DNA of 63,905 bases, the filler included, from Dimargaris cristalligena (lineage: Eukaryota), in NCBI GenBank assembly GCA_003614675.1. It is 3 parts of 3 records of this genome, joined end to end, with 100 filler letters (N's around TTAATTAATTAA, not from the genome) between each part and the next. Parts side by side here need not be neighbours in the genome. Positions count along the whole stretch, not along the records: positions 44,394 to 63,905 come from ML002726.1; 2 more parts are not named here. One strand, given 5' to 3'. This document shows, one piece after another, positions 59,071 through 63,905 of this stretch. A program made the position numbers and the translations under genes. The notes beneath the pieces were generated by a model that made no database searches, was not told the origin of the DNA, and saw nothing but the letters and a program-made list of their open reading frames with translations. Positions within the stretch are counted from its first letter, which is position 1; each line of letters begins with the position of its first letter.

Positions 59071-61691
59071 ATGAATGCGGCCATGCAGCAGAAAACCTCC
59101 GAACTCGACTTGTAAGAACGAGGCCACTCTACCTAGCTGAATTGACTCATTTCCCTCGAAGTACTAAGCCGGTATCCACGCGACCGTAGAAGTACATCGC
59201 AAAGGACAGTGCCTTACCGCCATTCAACCCCCCCCCCTTCATTCCTAAATTACGAAGCTGGCTTCTATACAAGGCCCCTAACCTATCCGTTTTATATGAC
59301 CTATCCTATATTACGTGTTCCCTAGACTGAGTCAAGAGTATCGGAAGGTCTCTTTTCAAATACACCAATTCGAGGAGGCCTTTCTCAAACAACAAAAGCG
59401 AAATGAACCCACCTCACCATCGCGCGATACCTCGTCCGCCAAGGCCGTCGAAGCGGATCTTGCCTATTCAAAGGTATGTCAATTCAGTGGGCATGATTAT
59501 GGGAGTTGGCTGGTTCTTGGTTCATATATATGCCCGGTAGTTTGCGAAACACGGTATCATTATTATTATCCGGATATGTACCTCCACTCAAGTATATACA
59601 ACCTTGTCGGATTTCCTATCAAACGAAGTGGTCAGCGAACACATATTTAATATCGAAATTAAAGCTCCATAAAAATATGTGTAATTTTTTTGGGGGTCTC
59701 CCTAACATAGAGCCTATTTTCCAAGCTTAAGTTCAACTACCTCGAACTGGCCACCAAGGAGAAATTCATCCGGGATTTGATGCAGGAGCCGCCAATTGAG
59801 ATTGAACAGGAGGACATTCAGGAGCTCGAGGTCCTTAATATGGACCACAAACAGGCGTTGAAAAAGCGAAAGACGGAAACGCAGGCTCGTAAAGAGCAGA
59901 TTGACTACATAATTGACAACCTAGCCATCGGTAAGTCTGAGTTAACTAGTTATATGACACTACTATACCCAGTCCTCCGAACACCAAGTTCCCACTTATT
60001 TTAAACTACAATACGTAGTTTTACGCTCAATAGTGAGAAGCTATACCGGTGCTCTTACCAGTAGATCACCATTAATAACCCGCCCATTAAGTTTGTTTGA
60101 TATAATCCCTGAACCTGATGTGACTGCAGGCTGCCAGAGCATCGAAACCGAGTTTGGCCAAACTCGGCAGCTCCTAACTGATATTCGAGATTTGGTAATG
60201 TATTGCTCCGGTTTCGACCAAACTTTGTCATAATTTATGACTTTTAGTCTAGTTGTATATAGCCACCGTATATATGTTTGTGGGACCGAAGGCTTAAATA
60301 CTTAGCAGAAGCATTTCCCAGGTTAATATTAACGTTTTTGCGGCTTCATCGGTTCCCCATAATATGTTCCGTACTTAGGAGGCCCAAATCAAAGAGCTGG
60401 AAGGCGACGAAAACGGAGAACAGGTAAATGCCTCATTCTACTTATTTGGACTTTGCTTCGGGTCAATATGCACCGACAATTGTTGTCCCACACTCCCATT
60501 TAGTGATGGCTTGATTGAAAGAAACCTCCCTAACCATCTAATATATGATCGATATTTGGACCTGTAATAGAAATTGACCATCCAAGAATCCCAAAAAGTG
60601 TTAAACGAACAGGTAAGTTAGAAGAACCCAATCAATAGGGATAGGCCACCGAAGCACATTACAGGCTCCGATTGGGGGTTTTTTTTTGTTGCTTCGCCCT
60701 ACTACGTTGCTTGAGGCATACGCAAAAGTATCCCAGGCCCCCCGCGACAGCATTTCAGGAATACCTATTGACAGCAAAATGTGGTGTATGGCTACCATTT
60801 TTTTCTGAATCATATATTATTTAAAAACCACAGCTGGCTAGTTTGGAAACCATGAATAATGAAATTGAGCTGGCCCAGACCCAGTTGAACGAGTCGCGGA
60901 CGTCGGTGGAGGACTTAGAAAGAGAACTCGAGAAATACCAAGCCATCCAGAGGTCGGAGGAAGCGATTGCAGCGGAAGCAGTTCGGCTAGCCCAGCAGAA
61001 GGATCCCCAGATTCAAGAGCTCTGTCAGTGGTAGGTTTTCAGGGAATTGGGCAGCCATGAGGCGAGTTTCAACGACCATGATCCGGCATTTAAATTGTCC
61101 CCCCCCACAACAATGAGTTTGGGCAATCTCGTTTGAAGTGGGGTGTATTTGCATACACCTTAACAGGCCGTGCCCTCTTCTCATCTTTCCTGGGATGTCT
61201 ATACTACATCAATATTTTGAAAACTTAGGTACGACGAGGCCCGCCATACTATGGTCGAATTAACCGGAATCCAGAATTTTCGGACATGCCCCCCTCATTC
61301 CATCATAATTGAATACGACCGTCGTGGCCCAACCGGCCAGTATACTGGCCTTGAAATTAACATGCAGGACGATGGCAAACGTGGCATTAAGAACGCCAAG
61401 GTACGCCTTTTACCTACTTGTTTAACCCCATTGATTTCCCCGACATGCATCTGTACCGACACTATTTCCGCCACAGCTAACTCGCCTCAGAGCAGTGATC
61501 TTGCTTTCCCAGTCTCACTAAACGAGCCACCCCGCTGTTGATTACTCTGTCTATCCACACCTGCATGGAACTTCCAGGTAATCGATGGGTCCCAAGTTCC
61601 AATCGATACTTTAGTCGCTGAGGCAAACGCATCCGGCGACTTAAGCTCTCTAATACGAACAGTAAGCCAGCAATTGGCGGCTCCCTATTAA
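59071..61691 (+). CDS. Kinetochore protein of the Sos7/Kre28/Zwint family, 10 exons
   Basis: Exons 59071-59111, 59326-59473, 59711-59930, 60130-60194, 60379-60423, 60571-60612, 60834-61030, 61229-61400, 61578-61691 are all phase-compatible (nine listed; treat the exon count as approximate). Sos7-like signature DLAYSKSLFSKLKFNYLELATKEKFIRDL..PP; long coiled coil. Confidence 0.72.
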
Positions 61692-61764
61692 TGTCGAAAT
61701 GAAACGATTCGGTGCTACGTAAGACGGCTCATCAGTGGACTACAGGGGCTTCTTCTAAGGTCGC

Positions 61765-63770
61765 CAATATTAATAGTATATAAGTAAAAAATGATATCTC
61801 CAACAATGACAACCTGAAGAGGCTATCAATAATCATAAGTTATATTTATTATAATGCTGTACCATAGGCAAACAATATATCTAATTAATTCTAGGTGGCT
61901 TCACCTGAACTATGATATATGGATATATACATTAGTTATCAAAGACCTTTATTAAGCATATATATAAGCAAAATGTAATGGTTGTGGCCAATAACATATT
62001 GGAAATATAGATTGAATAGTAAACACAAGTACCTTCAGATACAACTGAAAAGATTCAAAGAAGAGAGAAAGAACCACAAGGGGCAAAGCTAGATGCCCAC
62101 GGTTGGTTTTATTGAATTAGATAATAGTAGTAATAATGATTAGGATGAAGTCCAAGGTATAGAAGGATATAGTAATGGCTAGAATATAGTCCTGAGTATA
62201 GGATGGGCCAATCACAGAGATAGAATCAGTGGGATGGGGGAAATGAATTTCCAACCTATCAGCCCTTCTAATCCACCTTAATCCAGATACCCTACTGTCC
62301 ACCCTTATTAGGCCTTATAGCACCATATTAAACTTCCCATGGTCACCCCTGGTACTATGGGATTACCCTATATCATATAGCCCTCCCCCTTCCAGACTCC
62401 AGCTCTTTACACTAATCACTTAACCTGCTGATCCAAAGACTCTTCTGGTTACCATAAGAGTCTTCCAGATACTAGTAGCCATCTGGTTGGCCTAGTTTCA
62501 CTATATACCTTAGTTACCCATAGTCTTCCCTTGGGACTGGTTAGATTCCTTAGTTTATCCTAATAAATGTTGTATATGCTCACTCCCTTTATACTAACTA
62601 GTAAGTGTACCCACTGCACAGCCCTTGCATGTACCTGCATCCAGTAAACTTTTATTAGTTAGTACTATGCCCTTACCCAGTGCTAGGATCCACTTGGCCA
62701 AGAATAAGCCCCATCCACCATTAGAAGCCTATCCTTAAGACTCTTGATGGACAAAGAGTAGTTAACCCAGGTAACAGTTAAACAGTTGGTAATCTAAGTG
62801 CAGTGTGGTAAATAAAGTCAGCAAGCTATTTTTAATAGACAAGTATATGGGTTAATCCATCTTAATCAGGTTAAGGCCTTTCTGTGAAACTCACCCTTAG
62901 TAGGCCCTATTTTACAAAATCTCCCTCACATAACAATACCCACTATCATGGGGATCATCCTGTAACCCCCCTGGTTTCTATTATCAGACTCTAACCATTA
63001 CACTCAAGCATTGATTTGAAGACTATTTTATTCTCATCAGAGTCTTTCAGATAGCTATGGCTAACCACTAACCTCTTAGATAATTCTTAGAATTTCTTTC
63101 TGAATAACCCTACTGTAATATCCAACTATATAAATATTCTACTAATATTGTAACCTATTAGTTCCTTAGCTTATATTTCTATATATTTATCTAATAAACT
63201 CCTTATGAACCCACCCTATTAGTAGTATAAGTACACTCAGTACTATTTATCTTTTTTTTTATTCAGCATCCCCTGTACTAAGTAGCTAAGTATTAACTAA
63301 GAATACTCCTAGTACCATATCTAATAGAAGCCCTCCCATATAAGCTCTTACTAGATTAAGAGCAGTTTATTACTATAATATATCATAATAGTACAATATT
63401 TAGTACAGGTATCTTAAAATAAACCACTAGTAAATAAGGTCACACAGGGCAGTCTAACTCATTATAGTCAGACCTTAGCCCTAGAGATATTTAACTAAAG
63501 AGATTATAAGGATATAATGCCTCTTTAGTAGTAATTCTTTATACTATAGTAATTAATTTCTTAATTTAGCTAGTATGATTACCTAGGTTAGCCTCTCTTA
63601 ATCTAAGAGTCCTAATAGTAGGATTTTAATGATAAGTGGGGCTTAGGCTTAGCTGAGTAGTTATTAGTATTAGGTATAGGGCATAGTACTAACTAGATAA
63701 GGCTAGTAGTCAAATATATATAAGGGATATACAGGGGGCACCCCTACTAGTAAGTATAAAGGGTATATGT
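61765..63770. mobile_element. Heavily mutated transposon/repeat relic region
   Basis: No CpG seen from 62102 to the window end; TpA-rich; no long ORF; contains an inverted repeat pair and a copy of the 43950 repeat. Confidence 0.7.
62585..63763. repeat. Diverged inverted repeat pair of about 90 bp (62585-62673 and 63678-63763)
   Basis: tagttagtactatgccct (62656-62673) is the exact reverse complement of agggcatagtactaacta (63678-63695); ccctttatactaactagta pairs with tactagtaagtataaaggg with one mismatch. Confidence 0.8.
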
Positions 63771-63905
63771 TGTAAAGAACTGAAATCAAATCCTTAAAAA
63801 CTGAACTTTATTTAAAAAAATAGATGATAAGAAGGGAAAGGTGATGATAAACTTGCTGTTCCAAGAGGTGGCAGCAAGGGGGAGTATTTATACTTGAAAG
63901 GGGAA
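63771..63905 (-). mobile_element. LTR fragment (copy B), runs off the window end
   Basis: Begins TGTAAAG on the plus strand (CA terminus on minus); minus-strand TATA and AATAAA; matches 44035-44168. Confidence 0.72.

Noticed and set aside
62436-62464. Hairpin aagactcttctgg-tta-ccataagagtctt as a terminator or ncRNA
   Set aside because: Short, lies inside the mutated repeat relic, and has no supporting context

Overview
Eukaryotic, intron-containing fungal DNA (GT-AG introns, CTAAC/CTGAC branch points, a Zn2Cys6 factor). The gene content suggests an early-diverging, non-Dikarya lineage such as Zoopagomycota, but that is inference. Two artificial 100-nt N/TTAATTAATTAA linkers (22108-22207, 44294-44393) split the window into three pieces whose adjacency is unproven. 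About 20 protein genes were reconstructed by hand. In order: class-3 lipase, bacterial-type elongation factor P with a mitochondrial-like presequence, Gly/Lys-rich secreted prepropeptide, MFS transporter, GH18 chitinase, stomatin-like SLP-2, cis-prenyltransferase, PXMP4, Zn2Cys6 factor, MetAP1D-like peptidase, degenerate DEAD-box protein, Trm4/Ncl1, GATA factor, Thr-rich secreted protein, TFIIF beta, PPR-like protein, cyclin H and a Sos7-like kinetochore protein, plus a few weak ORFs. CpG-free transposon relics lie at about 43.6-44.3 kb and 61.8-63.9 kb. Top observations: (1) a six-exon nuclear gene for a three-domain, Arg-loop EF-P that is probably mitochondrial and is invisible in the ORF track; (2) two LTR copies that differ almost only by CpA/TpG to TpA transitions, a RIP-like signature; (3) a Kex2-type multi-peptide precursor. 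No rRNA, tRNA or CRISPR array was recognised.
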